A DNA stretch of 64,000 nucleotides, taken from assembly GCA_012838135.1 (NCBI GenBank), contig DUPV01000008.1:276-64275 (forward strand), given 5' to 3'. The notes beneath the pieces were generated by a model. That model saw only the letters and a program-made list of their open reading frames with translations. It was not told the DNA's origin and ran no database searches. Made by a program: the position numbers and the translations under genes. Shown piece by piece: positions 29,250 through 39,238 of this stretch; position 1 is the first letter of the stretch; each line of letters starts with the position of its first letter. This stretch comes from Clostridiaceae bacterium (GTDB lineage: Bacteria; Bacillota; Clostridia; Saccharofermentanales; DTU023).

Positions 29250-30647
29250 ATGCAACAATATCAACATAATATAAACTTAAATCAGCCTGACCATGGGCAA
29301 CAACCGAATGTATACCAACCTGATCAAATTCAGGATAAAAAAGTAAAAAACAACTTCTGGGGCTATTTTTTAACCTCGGTAGTTTCCGTTATTCTAACTG
29401 TTGCAATGATTTTGGGGATATTGATCAGTTTTAAAGGCAAAGAATTATTTTCTAATGCGCAAGTAAATAAAGAATTTTTCCCGAAAAAATCTCAGATTAT
29501 CAATGTAAAAGAAAATGAAGATGGAAATGATGAATTAAGTCTGGTATTTAAAAATACTCCAGCTAATAAAAAGTCATTAGAAAAATTGGAAACGATTTTC
29601 AGTATTTTGCAAAATGATTATTATGAAGAATTATCCGAAAACCAATTGATTGACGCAATGGCTATCGGCATGGTGGAGCAACTGGAGAGTCCATATACTT
29701 TTTACATGACACCTGAATATGTCGAAGAGATGGAAGATTTGATGTCAGGTGAATATAGCGGAATCGGAGCTGTTGTCGAACAAGTAGGTGCATCATATCA
29801 GATCAGTGATATTATCGAAGATTCTCCTGCCGAAAAAAGCGGCTTGATGGTTAATGATGTTTTCGTATCAGTAGATGGCAAAGATGCTTCCGAATTTGAA
29901 GATGTTGCGATATTGGCACTTAACATCCGCGGTGAGCAGGGAACGAAAGTTGTTATAGAAATCTATCGTGCATCCGATAATAAAAATTATAAATTTGAAA
30001 TTACTCGAGCAAATATTACCAATGCCAATATTCGTTCTGAAATGTTAACCGATGATATCGGTTATGTCCGAATTCTAGAATTCAGTGATGGCGCAGCTGA
30101 TAATTTCATTACTGCTATGGATAATTTACAAGATCAAGGCGCAAAGAATATTGTCTTTGATTTAAGGAATAATGGCGGCGGTTATATAGATGAAGTTTTA
30201 TACATGCTTGATTATTTGTTGTCAGAAGGTGAATTGACTACTGAAATAGGCAGAAGAAACGGTCAAGAATTTGAAATTACCGAATTTTCGGATAAGGAAA
30301 CAGGTGTTCCTGAAGACATGAAATTTGCCTGTATTATGAATAATAACTCCGCGTCAGCAAGTGAATTGTTTGCCGGTTGTTTGCGTGACTGGAATAAAGC
30401 GGAGCTGGTTGGAGAGACCTCCTTCGGCAAAGGAGTCGGTACAATTACTCAATATTTGGAAGATGGTTCGGCAGTTCAAATTACTAATTTTTATTATAAT
30501 TTACCTTCAGGTACAAATATTGATGGTACAGGTTTGACTCCGGATTATGAAGTAGAATTGCCGGAGAATATTAGAAATATGATTATATCCCGGATTGATT
30601 CTAAAGAAGATACTCAATTACAAAAAGCAATCGAAATATTAGAATAA
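29250..30647 (+). CDS. S41 carboxyl-terminal processing protease (CtpA/B-like, PDZ)
   Basis: N-terminal TM; PDZ (YSGIG, SPAEKSGL); DLRNNGGG, SASASELFAG and GETSFGKG. Confidence 0.93.
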   Translation: MQQYQHNINLNQPDHGQQPNVYQPDQIQDKKVKNNFWGYFLTSVVSVILTVAMILGILISFKGKELFSNAQVNKEFFPKKSQIINVKENEDGNDELSLVFKNTPANKKSLEKLETIFSILQNDYYEELSENQLIDAMAIGMVEQLESPYTFYMTPEYVEEMEDLMSGEYSGIGAVVEQVGASYQISDIIEDSPAEKSGLMVNDVFVSVDGKDASEFEDVAILALNIRGEQGTKVVIEIYRASDNKNYKFEITRANITNANIRSEMLTDDIGYVRILEFSDGAADNFITAMDNLQDQGAKNIVFDLRNNGGGYIDEVLYMLDYLLSEGELTTEIGRRNGQEFEITEFSDKETGVPEDMKFACIMNNNSASASELFAGCLRDWNKAELVGETSFGKGVGTITQYLEDGSAVQITNFYYNLPSGTNIDGTGLTPDYEVELPENIRNMIISRIDSKEDTQLQKAIEILE

Positions 30648-30662
30648 ATCAGGGAAGTTTAG

Positions 30663-31574
30663 ATGGCAGAACAAAAGATCAATCACCTTAAAGACGATTA
30701 TCTGGTACAGGCGACTGCAAAACAAGGCTTGCTGCGTTGCTTAGCAGTTCGTACAACTGAATTGGTAAAACAAGCAAGAAATATCCATGATTTGTCCCCT
30801 GTTTCATGTGTTGCATTAGGTCGTTTAATGAGTGGAGCATTACTAATGGCAACCGATTTGAAAAATGAGCAGGATCGCTTGACTTTAACCATTAAATCGG
30901 ACGGGGACATTTCAAATTTGACGACAATTGCCACTTTGGATGGTAAAGTACGTGGTTATACAACTGATCCGCATGCAATTTCGTATTATAAATCGGCGGG
31001 GAAGTTGGATTTAGCTCAATCTGTAGGTAAAGGTAATCTAACCGTAATTAAAGATTTAGGTTTAAAAGAACCGTATATAGGCAGTGTGAAATTAGTTAGT
31101 GGTGAAATTGCTGAAGATTTGGCCTCTTATTATTTTTATTCTGAACAAATTCCAACCGTTATTTTTTTAGGTGTCAGACTTAATCAACAAGGAGTTGTAG
31201 CAGCCGGAGGAATGATGATCCAAGCCTTGCCCGGTATTGATACTGAAATACTTAATTGGTTGGAAAATCGTTGCTTAGGTTTTCCTGAATTGTCCGAATT
31301 GCTAGCAGAAGGCATCAGTCCACATCAATTACCGGATATGTTATTGGGCGTTGATGCTGAATTGAAGTATTTAGCCGAAAGTTTGGTTGAATATTATTGC
31401 GAATGCAGTCGTGATCGGATGAACCGCAACCTTTTGCTTTTAGGTAACAAAGAACTGACTGAATTGAGTGAAGATCCGAATGGAATAACTTTGCATTGTC
31501 ATTTCTGTGCTGTTGACTATCATTATACTCAAGCAGAGGTGAAACAATTAGCCGAAGCAGCAATTGTATTATGA
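30663..31574 (+). CDS. hslO: Hsp33 redox-regulated chaperone
   Basis: Motifs LVSGEIAEDL, SEQIP and AAGGMMIQ; C-terminal CECS...CHFC zinc switch. Confidence 0.95.
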   Translation: MAEQKINHLKDDYLVQATAKQGLLRCLAVRTTELVKQARNIHDLSPVSCVALGRLMSGALLMATDLKNEQDRLTLTIKSDGDISNLTTIATLDGKVRGYTTDPHAISYYKSAGKLDLAQSVGKGNLTVIKDLGLKEPYIGSVKLVSGEIAEDLASYYFYSEQIPTVIFLGVRLNQQGVVAAGGMMIQALPGIDTEILNWLENRCLGFPELSELLAEGISPHQLPDMLLGVDAELKYLAESLVEYYCECSRDRMNRNLLLLGNKELTELSEDPNGITLHCHFCAVDYHYTQAEVKQLAEAAIVL

Positions 31575-31633
31575 TAAATACACTGTGAAGTATACAATAT
31601 CAGATAAAAATTTTTATTTTATAGGGAGAAATT

Positions 31634-32680
31634 ATGGAAGAGTTAAAGCAGGAAATAGTATTAACAGGAGACCGACCGACCGGACGTTTGCATATCGGTC
31701 ATTATGTAGGATCTATCAAACAACGTTTGCGGTTGCAAGATGAGTATGCCGTGAATTATTTAATGATTGCCGATTTGCAGGCACTGACCGATAATGCTTA
31801 TGATGTAGGAAAAGTTCGGGAAAGCGTAATTGAAGTTCTCTATGACTATCTGAGTTGCGGAATTGATCCGGAAAAAACTGCAATCTTTATTCAATCGCTG
31901 ATTCCTGAATTAACTGAATTTACTATTCTATATATGAACTTTGTAACTCTTGCCAGATTATTGCGTAATCCGACCGTAAAAAATGAAATGCAGTTACGTG
32001 AATTCGATAATGCAGTACCGATCGGCTTTCTCAACTATCCGGTAAGCCAGGCTGCCGACATTACAGCATTTAATGCAACTTTGGTGCCGGTTGGTGACGA
32101 TCAGTTACCGATGCTTGAGCAGACAAATGAAATTGTCAGGCATATTAACTTTCATTTTAATACTGATGTCTTGAAAGAATGTAAACCGATTCTTTCGAAG
32201 ATTACCAGACTGCCGGGAACGGATGGTAATGCAAAAATGAGCAAGTCTCTCAATAATTGCATCTACTTGTCCGATGATGCTGAAACTGTCAGTAAAAAAA
32301 TCAGAGGCATGTATACCGATCCGAACCATTTACGAGTTGAAGATCCGGGTAAAGTGGAAGGTAATCCTGTGTTTACTTATTTGGATGCTTTCGATCCTGA
32401 TAAAACAGAACTGGAAGAATGGAAAGCACATTATCGTCGCGGAGGCTTAGGTGATGTCAAGGTAAAACGCCGTTTGGAAAAGGTATTACAAGCTGAACTT
32501 GAACCAATCAGAGAACGCAGAGCTCAGTTTGAAGGCAAACCGGATCGGGCAATAGAAATGTTAATCGAATCAAGTAAAAAAGTACGTAAAGTTGCTCAAG
32601 AAAATCTGCTGAAACTTAAAACTGTTTTGGGTATCAATTACGAAGTCGATATACCGCCGATATACACAGAACGTTTATAG
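31634..32680 (+). CDS. trpS: Tryptophan--tRNA ligase
   Basis: Motifs TGDRPTGRLHIGH (HIGH), YPVSQAADI, VPVGDDQ and KMSKS. Confidence 0.97.
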   Translation: MEELKQEIVLTGDRPTGRLHIGHYVGSIKQRLRLQDEYAVNYLMIADLQALTDNAYDVGKVRESVIEVLYDYLSCGIDPEKTAIFIQSLIPELTEFTILYMNFVTLARLLRNPTVKNEMQLREFDNAVPIGFLNYPVSQAADITAFNATLVPVGDDQLPMLEQTNEIVRHINFHFNTDVLKECKPILSKITRLPGTDGNAKMSKSLNNCIYLSDDAETVSKKIRGMYTDPNHLRVEDPGKVEGNPVFTYLDAFDPDKTELEEWKAHYRRGGLGDVKVKRRLEKVLQAELEPIRERRAQFEGKPDRAIEMLIESSKKVRKVAQENLLKLKTVLGINYEVDIPPIYTERL

Positions 32681-32684
32681 GAGC

Positions 32685-32766
32685 TAACAATTCATAAATT
32701 TCAGTCCTTGCTTGCCGAGTCGAGCTCGATGACTCGCTGCGGACTTGGAAAATGTATAAATTGTTA
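32685..32766 (+). repeat. 82-bp imperfect palindromic interspersed repeat, copy A (MITE/ERIC-like)
   Basis: 70/82 identical to the reverse complement of 44683-44764; terminal inverted repeats bounded by TA. Confidence 0.85.
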
Positions 32767-32812
32767 AATATCTATTTATGTCTGCTTAACAAAAAAAAAT
32801 TTTATAAAAGGC

Positions 32813-32841
32813 TTGCATCAATAATTCAGATGTTATATACT
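32813..32841 (+). promoter_or_regulatory. Sigma-A promoter of the S10 operon
   Basis: TTGCAT, 17-nt spacer, TATACT, about 280 nt upstream of rpsJ. Confidence 0.65.
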
Positions 32842-32847
32842 CTTAAT

Positions 32848-33120
32848 CGCGTCAAAAAATTCAGTATGAATATTTTTGTACGCGAATTAGCGTAGAAGTC
32901 TGAGATTGCCGTATTTACCGCTGCGGTATTTGCGGGTAACTTAGACCGAGCAGTTCGAACAAAGAGTCGAACGTCACATCTATTTCGCAGCATAGCCGGG
33001 AAGGTCGCCCAGCACATGCGTTGCATACGAAGTGTCTGGGTTTTATCATGACAGGACATAAAACGCCCGGAAGAGTTGTTGGAAATAAATAGTGAGAGCA
33101 GTACTTAGGAGGTTTTATCA
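32848..33120 (+). ncRNA. Structured 5' leader of the S10 operon (candidate ribosomal protein leader)
   Basis: Successive hairpins (CGCGT..ACGCG; GTCTGAG..CTTAGAC enclosing TACCGC/GCGGTA; GTTCGA/TCGAAC; CCGGG..CCCGG) between the promoter and the rpsJ RBS. Confidence 0.55.
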
Positions 33121-33432
33121 ATGGCTGTAAATCAAAAAATCAGAATTCGCCTCAAAGCTTTCGATCACCAAATTTTAGACGAAAGTGCATCAAGGATTGT
33201 AGAGACTGCAAATCGCACCGGAGCAAGTGTTTCGGGTCCGATTCCTTTACCGACGGAAAAGGAAATAATCACAATTTTGCGTTCTCCGCATGTAAATAAA
33301 GATTCAAGAGAACAATTCGAAGCAAGAACACATAAGCGTTTAATCGACATTTTGGCACCTAATAATAAAACAATGGAATCCTTAATGCGATTAGAGATGC
33401 CGGCTGGAGTTAATATAGAAATTAAACTATAG
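33121..33432 (+). CDS. rpsJ: 30S ribosomal protein S10
   Basis: Motifs [19 protein letters not shown] and REQFE. Confidence 0.98.
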   Translation: MAVNQKIRIRLKAFDHQILDESASRIVETANRTGASVSGPIPLPTEKEIITILRSPHVNKDSREQFEARTHKRLIDILAPNNKTMESLMRLEMPAGVNIEIKL

Positions 33433-33490
33433 ATTTAAGCTCAGGTCAATGTTCGCAGAGACGAACCAATAACCAAGGAGGAAGAAATAA

Positions 33491-34114
33491 ATGAACAGAT
33501 TTATGCTCGGCAAAAAAGCCGGTATGACTCAACTGTTTGATGAGCATGGTTTAGTGATTCCTGTAACCGTTATCGATTGCGGTCCTGTAACTGTTATTCA
33601 AAACAAAACAGAAGCGGTCGAGGGTTATCAAGCAGTTAGAGTAGGCTATGAAAAGACAAAAAAGAACAATAAACCGGCAAACGGTCAATTTAAAAAAATT
33701 AATGTTGAGCCGATGCGTGTTTTAAAAGAGTTCAAAAATACAGCTGAATATGAAACAGGTCAAACTTTAAAAGTTGATGAAATGTTTGAGGCTGGTGACA
33801 GAGTTGATATCGCCGGAACTTCAAAAGGTAAGGGCTTTCAAGGGTCTATCAAAAGACACGGTTTCAGCAGAGGACCAATGGCTCACGGTTCAAAATACCA
33901 TCGTGGTGTAGGATCAATGGGTTCATCAGCTACGCCTTCCAGAGTTCAGAAGGGGAAAAAATTGCCCGGACAAATGGGAAACAAACGTATTACAGTACAA
34001 AACTTGGAAGTAGTGCAAGTTGACGGCGAGCGTAATATTTTGGTTGTTAAGGGTGCTGTACCCGGACCAAAAGGCGGTTTGTTAGAGATCAAAACTTCCG
34101 TCAAAACGCGTTAG
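33491..34114 (+). CDS. rplC: 50S ribosomal protein L3
   Basis: Motifs [16 protein letters not shown] and GAVPGPKGG; S10 operon order. Confidence 0.98.
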   Translation: MNRFMLGKKAGMTQLFDEHGLVIPVTVIDCGPVTVIQNKTEAVEGYQAVRVGYEKTKKNNKPANGQFKKINVEPMRVLKEFKNTAEYETGQTLKVDEMFEAGDRVDIAGTSKGKGFQGSIKRHGFSRGPMAHGSKYHRGVGSMGSSATPSRVQKGKKLPGQMGNKRITVQNLEVVQVDGERNILVVKGAVPGPKGGLLEIKTSVKTR

Positions 34115-34131
34115 GCTGGGAGGAGAATAAT

Positions 34132-34755
34132 ATGGCAAAGACTAATTTATATAATATGCAAGGTGAAATAATTGGAGATATTGAATTGGATGATGCTATC
34201 TTCAGTATCGAACCTAATCAAGATGTTGTACATCGTATCGTCAAAAATCAACTTGCTAATAAACGCCAAGGCACTGCCAAAGTAAAAGGTCGCAGTGAAG
34301 TAAGCGGTGGCGGCAGAAAACCGTATAGACAAAAAGGTACGGGCAGAGCACGTCAAGGTTCGATCAGAGCCGGTAACCATGTAGGCGGCGGAGTTATTTT
34401 CGGACCGGTACCACGTGATTATTCATATAAAACAAATAAAAAGATGCGCAGGTTAGCGATGAAATCAGTATTATCACAAGCTTTGAGTGCGGATCGTATC
34501 AAAGTTTTGGATAAACTGGAGCTTAAAGAAATCAAAACCAAAGAAATGGTTAATACTATCAATAATTTGGAATTGCAAGGTACAGCACTCTTTATTATGG
34601 CTGAACCGAATCGAAATGTTGAAAAATCTGCAGCAAATATCAAAGATGTAAAAACAGCACTGGTTAATACAATGAATGTATATGACTTGTTGAAATACAG
34701 AAATATTATTTTTACCAATGAAGCTGTTGATAAAGTTCAGGAGGTCTACGCATGA
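34132..34755 (+). CDS. rplD: 50S ribosomal protein L4
   Basis: Motif RQGTAKVK.RSEVSGGGRKPYRQKGTGRARQGS. Confidence 0.98.
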   Translation: MAKTNLYNMQGEIIGDIELDDAIFSIEPNQDVVHRIVKNQLANKRQGTAKVKGRSEVSGGGRKPYRQKGTGRARQGSIRAGNHVGGGVIFGPVPRDYSYKTNKKMRRLAMKSVLSQALSADRIKVLDKLELKEIKTKEMVNTINNLELQGTALFIMAEPNRNVEKSAANIKDVKTALVNTMNVYDLLKYRNIIFTNEAVDKVQEVYA

Positions 34756-35105
34756 GAAATCCGCATGATATTATCATTAAACCGGTAATCACTGAACGTA
34801 GCACCATGGATAGCATGGATGGAAAATATACTTTTGTCGTTGATCGAAAAGCAACGAAAATTGAGGTAAGACAAGCTGTTGAAAAGTTGTTCAATGTGCG
34901 TGTTTTGAAAGTAAACACACAAAATGTGTCCGGAAAAATGAAACGTGTAAATATGCATACCGGTAAAACAGCTGATTGGAAAAAGGCAATTGTAACAATT
35001 GATCTTGATCCACAAGAAACTACGTATTTAGTTGAAGGCGGTAAAGAACAAAAGACTTCAAGAAAATATAAAAATTCAATTGAAGAATTTGGATTCGGGA
35101 TTTAG
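34752..35105 (+). CDS. rplW: 50S ribosomal protein L23 (with C-terminal insertion)
   Basis: Motifs PVITERS, KATKIEVRQAVEKLFNV and WKKAIVT. Confidence 0.97.
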   Translation: MRNPHDIIIKPVITERSTMDSMDGKYTFVVDRKATKIEVRQAVEKLFNVRVLKVNTQNVSGKMKRVNMHTGKTADWKKAIVTIDLDPQETTYLVEGGKEQKTSRKYKNSIEEFGFGI

Positions 35106-35132
35106 GCCGGATCGAAGAAGGAGTGAATTAAT

Positions 35133-35963
35133 ATGGCAATAAAAAGCTTTCGTCCAACTTCTCCTGGTAAAAGATTTATGACAGTGGCAGATTATTCTGA
35201 ACTGACAGATAAAAAGCCCGAAAAAAGTCTTTTGGTATCGAAGAAGAAAAATAGTGGCAGAAATAATTATGGACGTATTACTGTTCGCCACAGAGGTGGC
35301 GGCAATCGTCAAAAGATAAGAATTATTGACTGGAAACGTCAAAGAGACGGTATTCCGGCAACAGTAAAAGCAATTGAATATGATCCGAATCGTACGGCAT
35401 TTATAGCATTGATCCAATATGTTGACGGACAAAAAGCATATATCCTGGCTCCGCAAGGGCTCAAAGTTGGTATGGAAGTTGTTTCCGGTCAGGGTTCGGA
35501 TATAAGTGTGGGCAATACATTGGCTTTGCGCGATATTCCGGTTGGTACGGTTGTTCATAATATTGAATTATATCCTGGTAGCGGTGCTCAATTAGTCCGT
35601 TCGGCCGGCGCTTCAGCCAGTTTAATGGCTAAAGAAGGCAAATATGCTCAATTGAGGATGCCGTCAGGTGAATACAGATTGATTCCGATTAACTGCAAAG
35701 CTACTATCGGTACCGTAGGAAATATCGAACATGAAAACATTAAGATCGGTAAAGCCGGACGTCAACGTCATAAAGGTTTAAGACCGTCAGTGAGAGGTCT
35801 TGCAATGAATCCGGTTGACCATCCGCATGGTGGCGGAGAAGGTGCTACATCAATCGGCTTACCCAGTCCGCGCACACCTTGGGGTAAACCGACCATAGGC
35901 AAGAAAACGCGTAAAAAGAATAAAAAGTCCAATCAATATATTTTAAGAAGACGTAAGAAATAG
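35133..35963 (+). CDS. rplB: 50S ribosomal protein L2
   Basis: Motifs [17 protein letters not shown] and [13 protein letters not shown]. Confidence 0.98.
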   Translation: MAIKSFRPTSPGKRFMTVADYSELTDKKPEKSLLVSKKKNSGRNNYGRITVRHRGGGNRQKIRIIDWKRQRDGIPATVKAIEYDPNRTAFIALIQYVDGQKAYILAPQGLKVGMEVVSGQGSDISVGNTLALRDIPVGTVVHNIELYPGSGAQLVRSAGASASLMAKEGKYAQLRMPSGEYRLIPINCKATIGTVGNIEHENIKIGKAGRQRHKGLRPSVRGLAMNPVDHPHGGGEGATSIGLPSPRTPWGKPTIGKKTRKKNKKSNQYILRRRKK

Positions 35964-35973
35964 GAGGTGACAG

Positions 35974-36255
35974 ATGAGTCGTTCAATGAAAAAAGGTTTC
36001 TATGTTGAAGAAGCCCTGATGCGTCGCATCGAAGAAATGAATGAAAAGAATGAACACAAAGTTATCAGAACATGGTCACGTGATTCTACGATCTTCCCCG
36101 AAATGGTTGGTCATACGATAGCGGTACACGACGGTAGAAAACATGTTCCTGTATATATAACTGAAGAAATGGTTGGTCATAAATTAGGTGAATTTGCTCC
36201 GACGAGATTATTCCGCGGCCATGCCAAATCAGAAACCAAAACCCACATGAGATAA
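35974..36255 (+). CDS. rpsS: 30S ribosomal protein S19
   Basis: Motifs RTWSR and [13 protein letters not shown]. Confidence 0.98.
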   Translation: MSRSMKKGFYVEEALMRRIEEMNEKNEHKVIRTWSRDSTIFPEMVGHTIAVHDGRKHVPVYITEEMVGHKLGEFAPTRLFRGHAKSETKTHMR

Positions 36256-36280
36256 TTAGCTGAAACGGAAGGAGGGAAAA

Positions 36281-36766
36281 ATGTCAAAAACTTATACAAG
36301 ACAAGAATTGCAAGATAATAGAGAACAAATCATCAATGATCATTGTTCTGTAGCCCGGCGTTCAGCTAAAAAACGAACTTTAACCAAAAAAGAACGTAAG
36401 GTATTGGGGATAGGCAAAGATCGCGGAATAGCAAAAATCAATCATGTCAGAGTTAGTCCTTCAAAGGTTAGCATTGTTGTTCGCAATATCATGAATAAAC
36501 AAGTTGATGAGGCAATTGCTATTTTGCAATACACACCGAAAGCTGCTTCACCGATCTTGATCAAATTGATTGAGCAAGCAAGTGCCAATGCTGTAAATAA
36601 CAATAATCTGAATCGCGAAGATTTGTTTATTGTTGATTGTCAAGTCGGACCCGGTGCTACATTAAGAAGATACAGACCGCGTGCGAAGGGAGCTGCTGAC
36701 AGATTGTTAAAAAGAAGCAGTAACATTCGTTTAACAGTTAAAGAAAAAATAAAGGAGGCTAACTAA
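36281..36766 (+). CDS. rplV: 50S ribosomal protein L22 (with N-terminal extension)
   Basis: Motifs [15 protein letters not shown] and RYRPRAKG; strong RBS GGAGGG at the extended start. Confidence 0.96.
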   Translation: MSKTYTRQELQDNREQIINDHCSVARRSAKKRTLTKKERKVLGIGKDRGIAKINHVRVSPSKVSIVVRNIMNKQVDEAIAILQYTPKAASPILIKLIEQASANAVNNNNLNREDLFIVDCQVGPGATLRRYRPRAKGAADRLLKRSSNIRLTVKEKIKEAN

Positions 36767-37449
36767 TGGGTCAAAAGGTAAATCCGCATGGGTTTCGTGT
36801 TGGAGTAATAAAAGATTGGGATACCCGTTGGTATGCTAACAAAAGAGACTTTGCTCGTTATTTGGTGGAAGATACCGAAATACGCGATTTTATTAAAAAG
36901 GAAACCGGTCGTGCAGGCGTATCTCGCATTGAGATTGAACGTGAAGGTGATGAAAGAACAATTATCACTATTTCAACTGCAAAGCCGGGAATTATCATCG
37001 GGCGTCAAGGTTCAGAAATTGAAGTTTTGAAAAAGAAATTGACGAAAAAATTCAAAAAGGCATTCTTTATTAATGTTAAAGAAATAAAAAATGGCGATTT
37101 AGACGCTCAATTGGTGGCAGAAGCAATTGCAAAGCAATTGGAAGAACGTGTTTCTTATCGCAGAGCGATGAAACAGGCTATCAGCAGAACAATGAAGCAG
37201 GGAGCTAAAGGCATTAAAGCCATGTGCTCGGGACGTTTAGGCGGTGCAGAAATTGCACGCAGTGAACAGTATCACGAAGGCACGATTCCTTTACATACTT
37301 TAAGAGCTGATATAGATTACGGTTTTGCTGAAGCAAACACTACATATGGTAAGATCGGAACAAAAGTTTGGATCTATAAAGGTGAGATTATACCTCTACC
37401 TAAATCGGATAAAAACAATCAATCTGATTCTGAAGGAGGCGAGCAATAA
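36766..37449 (+). CDS. rpsC: 30S ribosomal protein S3
   Basis: Motifs [21 protein letters not shown] and [12 protein letters not shown]. Confidence 0.98.
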   Translation: MGQKVNPHGFRVGVIKDWDTRWYANKRDFARYLVEDTEIRDFIKKETGRAGVSRIEIEREGDERTIITISTAKPGIIIGRQGSEIEVLKKKLTKKFKKAFFINVKEIKNGDLDAQLVAEAIAKQLEERVSYRRAMKQAISRTMKQGAKGIKAMCSGRLGGAEIARSEQYHEGTIPLHTLRADIDYGFAEANTTYGKIGTKVWIYKGEIIPLPKSDKNNQSDSEGGEQ

Positions 37450-38012
37450 TGTTAATGCCAAAGCGTGTTAAATATAGAAAACAACATCGTGGGCGCATGA
37501 AAGGCAAAGCACTGCGCGGCAATAAGGTTGCTTATGGTGAATATGGTTTACAGGCTCTCGAACCGTCTTGGATCACCAGCAATCAAATCGAAGCTGCCCG
37601 TATTGCGATTAACCGTTACTTGCGTCGTGGCGGTAAAGTATGGATTAAAATATTCCCGGATAAATCGGTAACAGCCAAACCGGCAGAAACCAGAATGGGT
37701 TCCGGTAAAGGTTCACCTGAATATTGGGTAGCAGTTGTCAAACCGGGCAGAATCATGTTTGAGTTAGCGGGTGTTCCGGAAAAGACAGCTCGTGAAGCTT
37801 TCCGTTTGGCGTCCCATAAACTACCGATCAAGACTCGTTTTGTAATCAGTGATATTGAATTAACAGAGGAAGAGTTGGCAAGATACTCGGAAGTTCAAGC
37901 AGATGTTATTGAACAACTGGAGGAAGAAGCTGAAATGGCTGCTGAAGCTGCCGGTGAAGCTGAAGTTGAGGAATCTGTTGACTCCGAGGAACAAGCTGAG
38001 GAGGTTGAATGA
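37449..38012 (+). CDS. rplP: 50S ribosomal protein L16 (with acidic C-terminal tail)
   Basis: Motifs [18 protein letters not shown] and KLPIKT. Confidence 0.98.
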   Translation: MLMPKRVKYRKQHRGRMKGKALRGNKVAYGEYGLQALEPSWITSNQIEAARIAINRYLRRGGKVWIKIFPDKSVTAKPAETRMGSGKGSPEYWVAVVKPGRIMFELAGVPEKTAREAFRLASHKLPIKTRFVISDIELTEEELARYSEVQADVIEQLEEEAEMAAEAAGEAEVEESVDSEEQAEEVE

Positions 38013-38230
38013 TGAAAGTAACAGAATTGCGTGAAATGACAGTTGCTGAATTGAATCAAGAATTACTTGAACTCAAAGAACAGCTATTTAAATTAAGATT
38101 TCAACATGCAACTAATCAACTTGATAATCCTTTAGAACTCAAAATGGTCAGACGAGATATAGCTCGCGTAAAAACAATTTTACGTGAAATCGAATTAGCT
38201 GAAGAAAAGAAGCAAGAGGATAAAGTATGA
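38009..38230 (+). CDS. rpmC: 50S ribosomal protein L29
   Basis: Motifs [10 protein letters not shown] and RRDIARVKT. Confidence 0.97.
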   Translation: MMKVTELREMTVAELNQELLELKEQLFKLRFQHATNQLDNPLELKMVRRDIARVKTILREIELAEEKKQEDKV

Positions 38231-38484
38231 GCGAAAGAAATAATCGAAAACAAAGAGTCGGAATAGTTGTTTCTGATAAAATGAATAAGACGATTACTGT
38301 TGCAGTCGAAGAACATGTGCGTCATCCCTTGTATAAAAAATACATTAAAAAGACAAAAAAGTTTAAGGCTCATGATGAAGAAAATCAATGTGGTATAGGT
38401 GACAGAGTTCGTATTATGGAAACCAGACCACTTAGCAAAACAAAGAGCTGGCGCTTAGTAAAAATTATAGAAAAGGCGAAATAA
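38227..38484 (+). CDS. rpsQ: 30S ribosomal protein S17
   Basis: Motifs [15 protein letters not shown] and ETRPLSKTK. Confidence 0.98.
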   Translation: MSERNNRKQRVGIVVSDKMNKTITVAVEEHVRHPLYKKYIKKTKKFKAHDEENQCGIGDRVRIMETRPLSKTKSWRLVKIIEKAK

Positions 38485-38514
38485 TTTCCGCTGATTTCAT
38501 AAGGAGGAATGGAA

Positions 38515-38883
38515 ATGATACAACAAGAATCTACTCTAAAATCCGCGGATAATACCGGTGCTCGTAAGTTGTTATGTATTAGAGTTTTAGGCGGTACCAA
38601 TCGCAGATATGCCAATATCGGTGATGTTATCGTATGTACTGTTAAAGAAGCAATTCCCGGTGGAGTCGTCAAAAAAGGTGACGTAGTTAGAGCAGTAATT
38701 GTACGAACCAAAAAAGGTGTTCGCCGGCCTGACGGTACAACAATTCGTTTTGATGAGAATGCAGCCGTTATTTTAAATGATGACGGAAATCCGCAAGGAA
38801 CACGTATTTTTGGACCAATAGCCAGAGAATTACGTGAAAAGAGTTATATGAAAATTCTGTCCTTGGCACCGGAAGTATTATAA
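38515..38883 (+). CDS. rplN: 50S ribosomal protein L14
   Basis: Motifs [13 protein letters not shown] and [13 protein letters not shown]. Start at the second ATG by RBS spacing. Confidence 0.98.
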   Translation: MIQQESTLKSADNTGARKLLCIRVLGGTNRRYANIGDVIVCTVKEAIPGGVVKKGDVVRAVIVRTKKGVRRPDGTTIRFDENAAVILNDDGNPQGTRIFGPIARELREKSYMKILSLAPEVL

Positions 38884-38894
38884 GGAGGCAGTTA

Positions 38895-39224
38895 ATGGGT
38901 AAATTACATGTTAAATTAGACGATACTGTTTATATTCTAAACGGTAAAGATGCCGGTAAAACCGGAAAAGTATTAGCTGTTTTCCCGAAAACTTCACAAA
39001 TTATTGTTGAAGGCGTTAATATGCAAACCAAACATAAAAAGGCAAGGACTCATTTGGAAGTCGGCGGTATTATTCAGCAAGAAGGCAAAATCCATAGTTC
39101 AAATGTTATGTTAGTCTGTCCTGATACCAAAAGACCGACAAAAACCGGAAAACGTTTTGAAAACGGCGTTAAAGTTCGTTACAGCAAAGCATCCGGCAAA
39201 ACTATCGATTCAGTAAAAGGGTAA
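38895..39224 (+). CDS. rplX: 50S ribosomal protein L24
   Basis: KOW motif GKDAGKTGKV; VEGVN. Confidence 0.97.
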   Translation: MGKLHVKLDDTVYILNGKDAGKTGKVLAVFPKTSQIIVEGVNMQTKHKKARTHLEVGGIIQQEGKIHSSNVMLVCPDTKRPTKTGKRFENGVKVRYSKASGKTIDSVKG

Positions 39225-39238
39225 GGGGGGCAATATAG

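Noticed and set aside
32678-32769. Copy A of the repeat resembles an integron attC site (…CTAACAATTCAT…GTTAAAT, with a perfect GTTRRRY at the right end)
   Set aside because: The arms pair continuously with no unpaired central spacer or clear extrahelical bases. Copy B has TACC/GGTA instead of AAC/GTT. There is no integrase or cassette array, and the flanking genes are core.
31634-33432. trpS rather than tuf lies upstream of rpsJ
   Set aside because: Separation of the str and S10 clusters occurs in many lineages; it is a simple rearrangement.
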